This document shows, in pieces, positions 28,433 through 38,429 of a stretch of 64,000 nucleotides of DNA. Source of the stretch: Pseudomonas aeruginosa PAO1 (lineage in GTDB: Bacteria > Pseudomonadota > Gammaproteobacteria > Pseudomonadales > Pseudomonadaceae). The notes below the pieces were generated by a model that was given only the letters and a program-made list of their open reading frames with translations, searched no databases and was not told the DNA's origin. The stretch lies in NCBI RefSeq assembly GCF_000006765.1, contig NC_002516.2; one strand, written 5' to 3'. Numbering within the stretch: position 1 is the stretch's first letter; every line of letters starts with the position of its first letter. The translations under genes were made by a program, and so were the position numbers.

Positions 28433-28687
28433 ATGACTCGGCAATCCGCACTCGCCACCGGCCCGGAGGCCAGCGATTGGTGGCGCTTCGGCAGCGGCGA
28501 CGAGCCGGCGCGCAAATTGTTCTTCGCCGGTGGGCGTTCGCTTGCGGCGTCGAGAAAACCTGCCGCCGCACCGCGCGGAATGGCCGTGGCCGAGCAGGCG
28601 AACCGCGCGCAAGCGTCCGGGCAGGACGCCGCGCCGGGCCTGCGAGCCTTCGATCTGCTGCCTGGCAACCCGCCGAAGAACCCTTAG
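28433..28687 (+). CDS. Small hypothetical protein (84 aa)
   Basis: ATG after GGAAGGA; no recognisable motif; lies directly upstream of the lipoprotein gene. Confidence 0.4.
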   Translation: MTRQSALATGPEASDWWRFGSGDEPARKLFFAGGRSLAASRKPAAAPRGMAVAEQANRAQASGQDAAPGLRAFDLLPGNPPKNP

Positions 28688-28702
28688 ACACGGAGTCAAC
28701 CC

Positions 28703-29119
28703 ATGCGCCGGATATTCATCGCGCCGTTACTGGCGTCGCTTTCCCTGGGCGGCTGCATCCAGATGGACACGCTGCCCGAGGTCTACGCCCGCAGCCAGTG
28801 GAAGGGCCGTTCCGCCGAGGAAGCGATAGCCTTCTTCGGTACGCCGCAGAACATGGAGCGCACCGCCGACGGCTCGCAGGTGGTGATGCAGTGGTACACC
28901 GACACCAGCTATTCCCGCTATGAAGTGGTGGGCTCCAGCTCGGAGATGCAGGGCAACGTGATGGTGAACACCAACTACTGGGATACCGTCAACCACCCCA
29001 ATCGCTGCATCATTTCCGTCACCGTCGACAAGAGCAAGCGGATCACCCAGTTCGAGGCCGACGACGGCGAGTTGCTGCTGTCCCACGGCTGCGCCGGCAT
29101 CAAGTACGGCCCGCCGTAG
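28703..29119 (+). CDS. Lipoprotein of unknown function
   Basis: 138 aa; GGAG RBS; lipobox LSLGGC; W.G...EEAIAFFG.P pattern. Confidence 0.8.
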   Translation: MRRIFIAPLLASLSLGGCIQMDTLPEVYARSQWKGRSAEEAIAFFGTPQNMERTADGSQVVMQWYTDTSYSRYEVVGSSSEMQGNVMVNTNYWDTVNHPNRCIISVTVDKSKRITQFEADDGELLLSHGCAGIKYGPP

Positions 29120-29145
29120 GCCTGCGCTCCTCGACCTGGCTTGTC

Positions 29146-30768
29146 TCAGGAAGCGTGGCTGGCGGTCACCGGGCGCTCGCGCAGGGCGCGCAGGGTGGCG
29201 CGCAATTCCGTGGGGCGCACGGGCTTGGAGAGCAGGGCGATGTCGGTGTCTTCGACGCTGGCCTGGATACGCTCGATGTCGTGGCCGCTGATCACCAGCG
29301 CCGGTATCGCCTCTCCGCGTTGCCGCCGTACCCGCTCGATGCACTCGACGCCGGAGGCGTGGGGGCCGAGGTCGTAGTCGACGACGAGGATGTCGCAATC
29401 GGTTCGCCAGCCGTCCGCCTCGGTTTCCGCCTGGACCGTGCAGCCCCAGCGTTCGAGCAACGCCGAGGTGGCGCGCAGGACGTTGCGATCATCTTCCACC
29501 AGGCACACCCGCAAGCCGGTGAGCAGGCCGGCCTGCAGGGGATCGTCGCGGCGGGGCAGGGCTTGCGCGGCGACCGCCGGCAGGCCGTGCAGGGTCACCG
29601 CGGTGCCGCGTCCGACCCGCGAGCGCAGCGTCACCTCGATCCCGGTCAACTGCCCCAGGCGGCGGACGATGGACAGCCCCAGGCCGATTCCCTCGACGTC
29701 GCGGTCGCGCGTCTCGCGTACCCGGTAGAACTCCTCGAACACCCGCGGCAGGTGTTCCTCCGCGATCCCCCGGCCCTGGTCGTAGATGGCTACGGCCAGG
29801 CCGTCGCCTCGCCGCCGCACGCCGATCAGCAGCGGGCGCTCGGCGGCGTACTTGAAGCTGTTGGAGAGCAGGTTCTGCAGCATGGTCGACAGCAGCCCCG
29901 GATCGGTTCGCGTCCACAGGCGGCAAGGGCGCAGGCGCAGTTCCACCCCGGCCCAGCGCGCCGCTTCGGCGTTGCGCCGGACCAGGTCGCGCAGCAACTC
30001 GCCCAGGTGGACGTTCTCCTGCTTGGGTTGGAGCCGGCCGTTGTCGAGGGTGTAGAGATCGAGAATGGAGCGGAACAGTTGCGAGACGTTGAGCAGCGAG
30101 CGGTCGATGTTGTCCACCAGGCGCCGTTCCTCGTCGCCCAGGCGGGCGTCGCGCAGGCAGGCGGTGAACAGGCCGATGGAGTGGATCGGCTGGCGCAGGT
30201 CGTGGCTGGCCTGGGCCAGCAGGCGCGATTTCTCCTGGTTCGCCTGCAACGCTTCCTCGGTGGCCTTGCGCGTGCGCTCCAGCAGGAGGTGCGCGTAGAA
30301 GGGAATGACGGTACTGGTGGTCATCAGCATCAGCACCATGAACGGCTGAGCCTGCCAGGCCGGGGTCAGTCGATAGATGACCAGTAGCGCGAGCAGCGCC
30401 AGGGCGGTGGCGATGGCCAGGTAGCGCGAGCCGTAGCGCATGCCGTTGCCCAGGTTGATCCAGACCATCACCGCGTACAGCGGCAGCGCTGCCTCGCCGC
30501 CCACGATCAGGCCGAACGAGGTGCCGGCGTAGTCGTGCAGCATGCAGAAGATCCGCCGCGCCGGGTAGTGCCCCGGCCAGCGCACGATGGCCTGGCGCAG
30601 CAGTATGGAGGCGATCAGGAACAGGCCGTAGTAGGCAACGATCGGCAGGTAGGTCTCGACCTTCAGGCCGGGCAGCAGGCCGATCAGCACCACGTAGAGG
30701 ATCGCGCAGGTGGCCACGATCAGTCGCAGGTTGGCCTGGTCCAGCTCGGTATTCTTCTCGAACTTCAT
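29146..30768 (-). CDS. Hybrid sensor histidine kinase (PA1396-like, reported DSF sensor)
   Basis: 540 aa from ATG 30768; about five TM helices, HisKA ASHDLRQP, N box LLSNSFKY, G boxes DQGRGI and GIGLGL, receiver VEDD...VVDYDL...LSKP. Confidence 0.93.
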   Translation of the reverse strand: MKFEKNTELDQANLRLIVATCAILYVVLIGLLPGLKVETYLPIVAYYGLFLIASILLRQAIVRWPGHYPARRIFCMLHDYAGTSFGLIVGGEAALPLYAVMVWINLGNGMRYGSRYLAIATALALLALLVIYRLTPAWQAQPFMVLMLMTTSTVIPFYAHLLLERTRKATEEALQANQEKSRLLAQASHDLRQPIHSIGLFTACLRDARLGDEERRLVDNIDRSLLNVSQLFRSILDLYTLDNGRLQPKQENVHLGELLRDLVRRNAEAARWAGVELRLRPCRLWTRTDPGLLSTMLQNLLSNSFKYAAERPLLIGVRRRGDGLAVAIYDQGRGIAEEHLPRVFEEFYRVRETRDRDVEGIGLGLSIVRRLGQLTGIEVTLRSRVGRGTAVTLHGLPAVAAQALPRRDDPLQAGLLTGLRVCLVEDDRNVLRATSALLERWGCTVQAETEADGWRTDCDILVVDYDLGPHASGVECIERVRRQRGEAIPALVISGHDIERIQASVEDTDIALLSKPVRPTELRATLRALRERPVTASHAS

Positions 30769-30913
30769 GTGCACCTCCGTGTGCATGGGAGCGCCGCGCG
30801 CCTTTTCCTCTGTTTCGCCCCCTTCGTCACGAAGACGGACGAAGGGTGGGCGCGGCGGTAGCGGGCTAAGGTAGCATGCGCGGCGGAAACTGCGACTCCT
30901 GGAGACTACAAGA

Positions 30914-31546
30914 ATGACTGGCCGCATCATCGTCGCCGATGATCATCCGCTGTTTCGCGAGGGCATGCTGAGTATCCTCCAGCGCCTGCTGCCCGAGGCC
31001 AGGATCGAGGAGGCCGGCGATCTCGCCGGGGTCCTGCGCCTGGCTGACGAAGGCGAGCAGCCCGATTCGCTGATCCTCGACCTGCGTTTCCCCGGCCTGA
31101 CCCGCATCGAGATGCTCGCCGACCTGCGCCGCCGGTTCCCGCGCACCACCCTGATCGTCGTCTCGATGGTCGACGACCCGCAGCTCATCGGCGAAGTGAT
31201 GAACGCAGGGGCCGACGGCTTCCTCGGCAAGAGCATCGCGCCCGAGGAACTCGGCCAGGCGATTCTGGCCATCCGCGCCGGGGAAGTGCTGGTGCGCTAC
31301 GAACCCTCCGGCCTCCTGCCGCTGCAGCCCAGCCCGCGCCTGGAGGGGCTCACCGAGCGCCAACTGGATGTCCTGCGCCTGCTGGCCCAGGGCAAGAGCA
31401 ACAAGGAGATCGGCCGCGCCCTGGACATCTCCCACTACACGGTGCGCATCCATGTGTCGTCGCTGCTGCGGGCGCTGGACGTGCCGTCGCGGACCGCGGC
31501 GGCGGTGAAGTACCGGGCGCTGCTGGGGCAGGGGGATGCGGAGTAG
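30914..31546 (+). CDS. NarL/LuxR-family response regulator
   Basis: 210 aa; ADDHPLFREG, ILDL, LTERQLDVLRLLAQGKSNKEI. Confidence 0.95.
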   Translation: MTGRIIVADDHPLFREGMLSILQRLLPEARIEEAGDLAGVLRLADEGEQPDSLILDLRFPGLTRIEMLADLRRRFPRTTLIVVSMVDDPQLIGEVMNAGADGFLGKSIAPEELGQAILAIRAGEVLVRYEPSGLLPLQPSPRLEGLTERQLDVLRLLAQGKSNKEIGRALDISHYTVRIHVSSLLRALDVPSRTAAAVKYRALLGQGDAE

Positions 31547-31626
31547 CACCATGGGCACGCCGCGGGTGCGCCGAGGCGCCGGGGCTGTTTTAATGGCGCA
31601 CTCTCCATGGCCAAGGAAACGGACAC

Positions 31627-31968
31627 ATGCGTAGCCCGCTTGCCACGATTGCCTGCGCCTGCCTGCTGCTCGGCGGCTGCTCCAAGTCCGCCGAGGACAG
31701 CGCCAACCCATTGCTGGGCAAGGATGCCGAGTGCCTCGAACTGTTCGCCCGCAGCAATGCGCTGTACTGCGACATCCGCGAGGACGAACGCGAATCCCAG
31801 GCGAACGGTACGCCGCGCCGGCACACCGACTACGAGGTAGCCGATGCCGCTTACCTGCTCAAGGCCACCGGGGAGCGCTGCGCGATCGATACGACCTATG
31901 TCACGGAGTGTTCGGCGAAGGCCGGGCAGTGGCTGCAGAAGGCCCGCGCCAAGGCGGCGAAGCCCTAG
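31627..31968 (+). CDS. Lipoprotein of unknown function
   Basis: 113 aa; lipobox LLGGC; four further Cys in the mature part. Confidence 0.75.
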   Translation: MRSPLATIACACLLLGGCSKSAEDSANPLLGKDAECLELFARSNALYCDIREDERESQANGTPRRHTDYEVADAAYLLKATGERCAIDTTYVTECSAKAGQWLQKARAKAAKP

Positions 31969-31983
31969 TCGCAGCGCCCGCGC

Positions 31984-32904
31984 TCAGCGCAGGCGCGTCG
32001 CCAGCTCCGCCAGTTCGCCGCGCAGCCAGAGGCTGCCGGCTTCGTCGTCGGCCTGGTGCGACCAGTAGAGATTCAGAGTCACCGCTGGCAGGGCCAGCGG
32101 CATCGGCAGCAGGCGGTTGCCCAGGCCGCGGTTGATCAGTTCGGCGTAGCCTCGGGTCAGGGTCAGCAGGTAGCCGCCCTGGGCCACCAGCAACGCCGCC
32201 GACAGGTAGTGCTGGCAGCGCTGGCGCACCTGGCGGGCCAGGCCGAGGTGGCCGAGGGCCAGGTCTTCGATGCAGATGCCGCGTCGCCGCGAGGTCACCG
32301 CGACATGGTCCGCCGCCAGGTACTCCTCCGCACTCAGGTCGCCGGCGAAGCCCGGCCCGGCCATCACGCACAGGCTGTCGTCGAGCAGGTGCTGGCGGCG
32401 CAGGGCGGCGTCGGTGGGCCGGGCGATCTCGATGGCGAGGTCGATGCGTCCGGCGCCCAGTTCCGCCTTCAGGTCCGCCCAGTGCAGGCTGTTGCAGCGT
32501 ATCTCGATGCGCGGCGCGGCCTGGCGCAGGTGGGCGAGGATCGCCGGGAGCACCAGCGGCTCCAGTTGCTCCGGCATGTTCAGTTGGAAGGTCCGCGCGT
32601 CGCGCCGAGGGTCGAACGTCTGGCAGCGATTCATGCTGCGGTGCAGGCCGGCGAGGGCGTCATGGATGCCCGGCGCCAGTCGCTCGGCCAGCGGCGTCGG
32701 CGCAACCCCGCGCCCCTGGCGGACGAACAGCGGGTCGCCGAGCTGGTCGCGCAGGCGCGCCAGGGCGTGGCTGACGGCCGACTGGCTGAGATGCAGGAGG
32801 CCCGCCGCGCGGGTCAGGTTGCGTTCTCGATAGACCACTTCGAAGACCCGGAACAGGTTCAGATCGAAACGGCTGAGGGGCGACCATTCATGTGGCTGAT
32901 TCAT
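31984..32904 (-). CDS. LysR-family regulator
   Basis: DLNLFRVFEVVYRERNLTRAA.LL.LSQSAVSHALARLR; divergent from the carboxylase. Confidence 0.93.
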   Translation of the reverse strand: MNQPHEWSPLSRFDLNLFRVFEVVYRERNLTRAAGLLHLSQSAVSHALARLRDQLGDPLFVRQGRGVAPTPLAERLAPGIHDALAGLHRSMNRCQTFDPRRDARTFQLNMPEQLEPLVLPAILAHLRQAAPRIEIRCNSLHWADLKAELGAGRIDLAIEIARPTDAALRRQHLLDDSLCVMAGPGFAGDLSAEEYLAADHVAVTSRRRGICIEDLALGHLGLARQVRQRCQHYLSAALLVAQGGYLLTLTRGYAELINRGLGNRLLPMPLALPAVTLNLYWSHQADDEAGSLWLRGELAELATRLR

Positions 32905-33108
32905 GTTTGCGCGCGCCTGTCTGGGGAAGGCGCCAGCCTAGCAGGCATGCTCGCCGATAGAACCATGCATAGGCTTCATGGATGTCGATGAATAAGCCTC
33001 AGTTCTGCCGCTTCCTTCGGCTGCCTAAGATGCCTGCGACGATGACCAACGCGCCGCCGGGCCAGCTCCTTTCGCCGGCCGCCTGACCCGCTCCCCGGAG
33101 AACCTGCC

Positions 33109-36100
33109 GTGACCGCTCCCTTCAACGCCTTGCTGATCGCCAACCGCGGCGAGATCGCCATTCGCATCGCCCGCGCCTGCGCCGACCTGGGTATCCGCTC
33201 GGTGGCGGTGTTCGCGGAAGACGATGCCGCGTCCCTGCACGTGCGCAAGGCCGATGTCGCGCTGCCGCTGGCCGGCCGTGGCGTGGCGGCCTATCTCGAC
33301 ATGGATCGGCTGGTCGCGCTGGCCCTGGAGCAGGGCTGCGAGGCGATCCATCCGGGCTACGGTTTCCTCGCCGAGAACGGCGAATTCGCCCGTCGCTGCC
33401 AGCGCGCGGGCATCCACTTCGTCGGGCCGCAAGCGGAAGTGCTCGACCTGTTCGGCGACAAGGCTGCCGCGCGCGCCCTGGCCGAGCGCCTGGAGGTGCC
33501 GCTGGTGGCCGGGATCAACCGTGCGGTCAGCGTCGAAGAGGCCGAGGCGTTCCTGGAAGGGCTGGGCGATGGCGCCGCGGTGATGCTCAAGGCCCTTGCC
33601 GGCGGCGGCGGACGTGGCATGCGCGCGGTGGAGGAGGTTGCGCAACTGGCCGATGCCTACCGCCGCTGCCGTGCCGAGGCGCAGGCGGCGTTCGGCCGGG
33701 ACGAGTTATACGTCGAGCAACGGGTAGCGCGGGCGCGGCACATCGAGGTGCAGGTGCTCGGCGACGGCAGCGGTGCGGTCAGCCACCTCTGGGAGCGCGA
33801 TTGCAGCCTGCAACGGCGCCAGCAGAAGCTGCTGGAGATCGCCCCCAGCCCGGACCTGCCGGAGGCCACTCGCGAGGCGCTGATCGATTGCGCCCTGCGC
33901 ATGGCCGGCGCGGTGCGCTATCGGGGGATCGGTACCTTCGAGTTCCTGGTCGACGACGAGCGCCCCGGGCGCTTCTATTTCATGGAAGCCAATCCGCGCA
34001 TCCAGGTGGAGCACACCGTCACCGAGGAAGTCACCGGGGTCGACCTGCTGCACGCCCAGTTGCGTCTCGCCGCCGGCATGGAGCTTGCCGCCCTCGGCCT
34101 GGAGCGACCGCCGGCGATCGGCGGCTGCGCGGTGCAACTGCGGATCAACCTGGAGACCCTGGCGGCCGACGGCAGCGCCCGTCCGGCGGTGGGCACTATC
34201 GGCGCCTACGAACCGCCCAGCGGTCCCGGCCTGCGGGTGGACGGCTACGGCTATGCCGGCTATCGGGTCAGCCCCAGCTACGATTCGCTGCTGGCCAAGC
34301 TGGTCGTGCGTGGTGCGGATTATCCCGCCGCGTTGCGCCGGGCCTACCGGGCGCTCTGCGAATTCCGCCTGGAGGGCGTGGCGAGCAACCTGGATCTGCT
34401 GCGCAACCTTCTGCTGCATCCGGCGGTACAGGCCAACCGGGTCGACACCCGCTTCGTCGAAAGCCACCTGGAGACACTGCTGGCGCCTATCCCGGCGAGC
34501 CATCCGCGGCTCCGCGCCGAGTGCCCGCTCGCCGAGGACGCCGCGCCTGCGCGGGTCGAGGCGCCACTCGGCAGCCTGCCGCTGTCTGCGCCGAGCAGCG
34601 GGGTGCTGGTGGCCCTGGAAGTGGCCGATGGCGAACGGGTGCGTGCCGGCCAGCGGGTCGCGATCCTGGAAGCGATGAAGATGGAATTCGAGGTCAAGGC
34701 ACCCGGCGGCGGTATCGTCCGGCGACTCGCGGCGAGCCTCGGGGAGCCTCTGGAGGAGGGCGCGACGCTGCTGTTCCTCGAACCGACGGAGGATGACGAC
34801 GAGCAGGCACCGACCGAACAGGCGCTGGACCTGGCGCATATCCGCGCCGATCTCGCCGAGGTACTCGAGCGCCAGGCAGCGCTGGGCGACGAGCGTCGTC
34901 CGCAGGCGCTGGCCAGGCGGCGCAAGACCGGACAGCGTACCGCGCGGGAGAACGTGCTCGACCTGCTGGACGAGGGCAGCTTCAGCGAATATGGCGGTTT
35001 CGCCCTGGCCGCCCAGCGTCGCCGGCGCTCCGCCGAGGAGTTGCTGGAGCTGAGCCCCGCCGATGGCCTGGTCGCCGGCACCGGTACGGTGGGGGCCGCC
35101 AGCTTCGGCGTGCAGGCCGCGCGTTGCCTGGTACTGGCCTACGACTACACGGTGTTCGCCGGCACCCAGGGGGTGATGAACCACAAGAAGACCGACCGCC
35201 TGCTCGGCCTGGCCGAACAGTGGCGCTTGCCGCTGGTGCTGTTCGCCGAGGGCGGCGGCGGGCGCCCGGGCGATACCGATTTCGTCGGCGTCGCCGGCCT
35301 CGATTGCCATACCTTCGTCGGCATGGCCCGGCTCTCCGGGCTGGTGCCGCTGGTGGGAGTGGTCTCCGGTCGCTGCTTCGCCGGCAATGCCGCGTTGCTG
35401 GGCTGCTGCGATGTGATCATCGCCACCCGCGACGCCACCATCGGCATGGCCGGCCCGGCGATGATCGAGGGCGGCGGCCTGGGCCGTTTTGCCGCCGAGG
35501 AGGTCGGTCCGACGGGCGTGCAGGGGCCCAACGGAGTGATCGACGTACTGGTGGAGGACGAGGCCGAAGCGGTCGCGGTGGCCAGGCGCTACCTCGGCTA
35601 TTTCCAGGGCCCGCTGCCCGACTGGAGTTGCGCCGACCAGCGCGAGTTGCGCCACCTGGTGCCGGAGAACCGCCTGCGTGCCTACGACATCCGCCAGGCG
35701 ATCGAGGTCCTGGCCGACCGGGGCAGCGTGCTGGAACTGCGGCGCCAGTTCGCTCCCGGCCTGGTCACCGCGCTGCTGCGCATCGAGGGCCGGGCGTTCG
35801 GCCTGATCGCCAACAACCCTGGCCATCTCGGCGGCGCCATCGATGCCGCGGCTGGCGACAAGGCCGCGCGCTTCATGCAGTTGTGCGACGCCTTCGACAT
35901 CCCGATCGTCTCGCTCTGCGACACCCCTGGCTTCATGGTCGGCCCGGAGGCGGAAAAACAGGCCACGGTGCGCCACGTCTCGCGGATGTTCGTCAGCGCC
36001 GCCAGCCTGACGGTGCCGTTCTTCACCGTGGTCCTGCGCAAGGGCTACGGACTGGGAGCCCAGGCCATGGCGGCGGGCAGCTTCCATTCGCCGCTGTTCA

Positions 36101-36396
36101 CCGTCGCCTGGCCCAGCGGCGAGTTCGGCGCCATGGGCCTGGAAGGCGCGGTGCGGCTGGGCTTCGCCAAGGAGCTGGCGGCCGAGGAAGACCCCCAGCG
36201 GCGCGAGGCGCTGTTCCGCGGCATGGTGGACAAGGCCTACCGCAACGGCAAGGCGCTGAACATGGCCAGCTACCTGGAGATCGACGCGGTGATCGACCCG
36301 GCGGAGACCCGCGCCTGGCTCCTGCGCGGCCTGGCCGTCGCCGGAGAACCGGCGCCGAGGGCGGGGCGCAAGCGGCCGTTCGTGGATACCTGGTAG
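33109..36396 (+). CDS. Single-chain multidomain acyl-CoA carboxylase (BC-BCCP-CT)
   Basis: 1095 aa; ANRGEIA, HPGYGFLAEN, GGGGRG, RDCSLQRR; biotin motif EAMKM; two CT subdomains (AYDYTVFAGT, GGGRPGD, DTPGFMVG, LRKGYG). Confidence 0.93.
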   Translation: MTAPFNALLIANRGEIAIRIARACADLGIRSVAVFAEDDAASLHVRKADVALPLAGRGVAAYLDMDRLVALALEQGCEAIHPGYGFLAENGEFARRCQRAGIHFVGPQAEVLDLFGDKAAARALAERLEVPLVAGINRAVSVEEAEAFLEGLGDGAAVMLKALAGGGGRGMRAVEEVAQLADAYRRCRAEAQAAFGRDELYVEQRVARARHIEVQVLGDGSGAVSHLWERDCSLQRRQQKLLEIAPSPDLPEATREALIDCALRMAGAVRYRGIGTFEFLVDDERPGRFYFMEANPRIQVEHTVTEEVTGVDLLHAQLRLAAGMELAALGLERPPAIGGCAVQLRINLETLAADGSARPAVGTIGAYEPPSGPGLRVDGYGYAGYRVSPSYDSLLAKLVVRGADYPAALRRAYRALCEFRLEGVASNLDLLRNLLLHPAVQANRVDTRFVESHLETLLAPIPASHPRLRAECPLAEDAAPARVEAPLGSLPLSAPSSGVLVALEVADGERVRAGQRVAILEAMKMEFEVKAPGGGIVRRLAASLGEPLEEGATLLFLEPTEDDDEQAPTEQALDLAHIRADLAEVLERQAALGDERRPQALARRRKTGQRTARENVLDLLDEGSFSEYGGFALAAQRRRRSAEELLELSPADGLVAGTGTVGAASFGVQAARCLVLAYDYTVFAGTQGVMNHKKTDRLLGLAEQWRLPLVLFAEGGGGRPGDTDFVGVAGLDCHTFVGMARLSGLVPLVGVVSGRCFAGNAALLGCCDVIIATRDATIGMAGPAMIEGGGLGRFAAEEVGPTGVQGPNGVIDVLVEDEAEAVAVARRYLGYFQGPLPDWSCADQRELRHLVPENRLRAYDIRQAIEVLADRGSVLELRRQFAPGLVTALLRIEGRAFGLIANNPGHLGGAIDAAAGDKAARFMQLCDAFDIPIVSLCDTPGFMVGPEAEKQATVRHVSRMFVSAASLTVPFFTVVLRKGYGLGAQAMAAGSFHSPLFTVAWPSGEFGAMGLEGAVRLGFAKELAAEEDPQRREALFRGMVDKAYRNGKALNMASYLEIDAVIDPAETRAWLLRGLAVAGEPAPRAGRKRPFVDTW

Positions 36397-36423
36397 ATGG
36401 TCGGCCCGCAGTGCCCTGGCGCC

Positions 36424-36831
36424 TCAGGACGACGGCGGCGCCACCTGAACCTGCGCGGCGACCGCCGCCTTGTCGATCACCGACCAGACGCCGGCGATGC
36501 GCTCGTCTTCGAATTCGTAGAAGACGTTCTCGGCGAAGCGTACCCGCTGGCCGTTGACCGGGATGCCGAACAGCCGGCCGCTGGGTGTGCAGTCGAAGTG
36601 CAGGCGGCAGGCGACGCCCGGCGGATCGACGAGCAGGCGTTCGATCTCGAAGCGCAGGTCGGGGATTGCCAGGAAGTCGCCTTCGAGCATCCGCAGGTAG
36701 CCGTCGAGTCCGATCTGCACGTCGTTGTAGCGCACCCGGTCATGGACGAAGTCGCCCAGGCGCGCCCAGTCCTGGCGGTTCAGGCAGTCGATGTAGGCGC
36801 GGTAGCGCTCGGCGAGTCGGTCACGGGTCAT
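36424..36831 (-). CDS. SnoaL-like ester cyclase family protein
   Basis: 135 aa; Y..Y...LN......L..FVHD.V.YN, FPDL-like IPDL, F.E.VFY.F.D.RI..VWS.ID. Confidence 0.85.
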   Translation of the reverse strand: MTRDRLAERYRAYIDCLNRQDWARLGDFVHDRVRYNDVQIGLDGYLRMLEGDFLAIPDLRFEIERLLVDPPGVACRLHFDCTPSGRLFGIPVNGQRVRFAENVFYEFEDERIAGVWSVIDKAAVAAQVQVAPPSS

Positions 36832-36908
36832 GCGGGTCTCCTTCGAGCTGTCCGGGCGGCATGAGCCAGACCCTAGCAAACCCGCGAGACGCCGTCAGTC
36901 GCTAGGCT

Positions 36909-37574
36909 TCAGCCCAGGCGCATGGACAGCTCGACATCCTCGGCGAAGGGCGTCGACAGGTAGCCGTTGGCCGGCGAGCGGACATGGGCCAGGTACTCGG
37001 GACTATGCTCGGCGTTGTCGGCGATCACCAGCGCGCCGGGGCGCAGGCGGCTTTCCAGCAGGGCGAGGACCTCCGGGTAGAGCGCCTTGGCGCCGTCCAG
37101 CAGGACCAGGTCGATGCTGTCCGGCAGGTCCTTGGCGAGGGTTTGCAGGGCGTCGCCCTCGCGCAGTTCCACCAGGTCGAGCAGCCCCCCGGCGGCCAGG
37201 TTGCGCCGTGCCCGCTCGGCCTTGGAGGGTTCGAACTCGCTGCCGATCAGGCGGCCACCGCCGTTGTCCCGCAGCGCTGCGGCGAGGTGCAGGGTGGACA
37301 GGCCGAAGGACGTGCCGAACTCGACGATGCTGCGCGCCGAGCTGCTGCGCGCCAGCATGTAGAGCAGGCAGCCGGTTTCGCGGGAGACGGGCAGCGCCAG
37401 GTCCTTCAGGCGACCGTAGAACTCGCGGTATTCGGTCTTGCTGCCCATGAGGCGCTTCAGTTCGGCCTCCGAGAGGTCGGCGAGGGCGGGACTGTCGCCC
37501 GGTGCGCTGGCTTCGGCTTCGGCGAACAGGCGTTGCAGGAGATCGGCGAGCGGGGCGTTGGTGAGGGTATTCAT
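36909..37574 (-). CDS. SAM-dependent O-methyltransferase
   Basis: 221 aa; VEFGTSFGLST, GDALQTL, VLLDGAK, ADNA. Confidence 0.88.
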   Translation of the reverse strand: MNTLTNAPLADLLQRLFAEAEASAPGDSPALADLSEAELKRLMGSKTEYREFYGRLKDLALPVSRETGCLLYMLARSSSARSIVEFGTSFGLSTLHLAAALRDNGGGRLIGSEFEPSKAERARRNLAAGGLLDLVELREGDALQTLAKDLPDSIDLVLLDGAKALYPEVLALLESRLRPGALVIADNAEHSPEYLAHVRSPANGYLSTPFAEDVELSMRLG

Positions 37575-37617
37575 GGATGGCTCCGGGAATGTTTGAGCGC
37601 GTAAGTGCGTGGACCTA

Positions 37618-37641
37618 GAATGCGACGGATTCATCGCATTC
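37618..37641. promoter_or_regulatory. Candidate TetR operator
   Basis: Perfect 8-bp arms GAATGCGA-N8-TCGCATTC in the divergent gap; extra CGCATTCC half-site at 37649-37656. Confidence 0.65.
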
Positions 37642-37666
37642 CGCCATTCGCATTCCGGAGCCTTCC

Positions 37667-38299
37667 ATGAGCGACAAGCGAAACCCGCGTATTTCCTCGC
37701 GCAAGCAGCCGCAGCAGGCCCGTTCCAGTGAGTTGGTGGCGAGCATCCTGGAGGCGGCTGTTCAGGTTCTGGCCAGCGAAGGCGCGCAACGTTTCACCAC
37801 CGCGCGGGTGGCGGAGCGCGCCGGGGTGAGCATCGGTTCGCTGTACCAGTATTTCCCGAACAAGGCGGCGATCCTCTTCCGCCTGCAAAGCGACGAGTGG
37901 CGGCGCACCACGCGTCTGCTCGGCGAGATCCTCGAGGACACCACCCGGCCGCCGCTGGAGCGCTTGCGCCGGCTGGTGCTGGCATTCGTGCGCTCGGAGT
38001 GCGAAGAGGCGGCGATACGCGTGGCGCTGAGCGACGCGGCGCCGCTGTATCGCGACGCCGACGAGGCGCGGGAGGTGAAGGCGGAGGGCGCGCGGGTGTT
38101 CCAGGCGTTTCTCCGGGAGGCCTTGCCGGAGGTCGCCGAGGCCGAGCGCAGCCTGGCCGGCGACTTGCTCACCACCACCCTCGGCGCGGTCGGCAAGCAG
38201 TTCTCCGAACAGCCGCGCAGCGAGGCGGAGATCGAGCGTTACGCTGAGGCCCTGGCCGATATGCTCTGCGCCTATCTCGCCGCCCTTGGCGAGCGCTGA
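37667..38299 (+). CDS. TetR-family regulator
   Basis: 210 aa; TTARVAERAGVSIGSLYQYFPNK HTH. Confidence 0.95.
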   Translation: MSDKRNPRISSRKQPQQARSSELVASILEAAVQVLASEGAQRFTTARVAERAGVSIGSLYQYFPNKAAILFRLQSDEWRRTTRLLGEILEDTTRPPLERLRRLVLAFVRSECEEAAIRVALSDAAPLYRDADEAREVKAEGARVFQAFLREALPEVAEAERSLAGDLLTTTLGAVGKQFSEQPRSEAEIERYAEALADMLCAYLAALGER

Positions 38300-38399
38300 G
38301 ATGCCGTGTGGCCGGAGCAAAACCGTCGCTTGGCCCAGCGGCCCAGGTACGCGGCTGGCGCGTTCGTAGGCTTGGCGGAGCAGGCGTTTATCGGCGGAA

Positions 38400-38421
38400 G
38401 CGACCGGCGTCTGCCGGTCGC
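38400..38421. terminator. Hairpin, probable terminator between convergent genes
   Basis: GCGACCGGC-GTCT-GCCGGTCGC, perfect 9-bp stem 8 nt past the stop at 38430; no clear U-tail. Confidence 0.5.
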
Positions 38422-38429
38422 GGGAGGGA

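Noticed and set aside
33109-36396. Pyruvate carboxylase annotation
   Set aside because: The C-terminal half is an acyl-CoA carboxyltransferase; the pyruvate CT (TIM-barrel) motifs are absent and BCCP is central.
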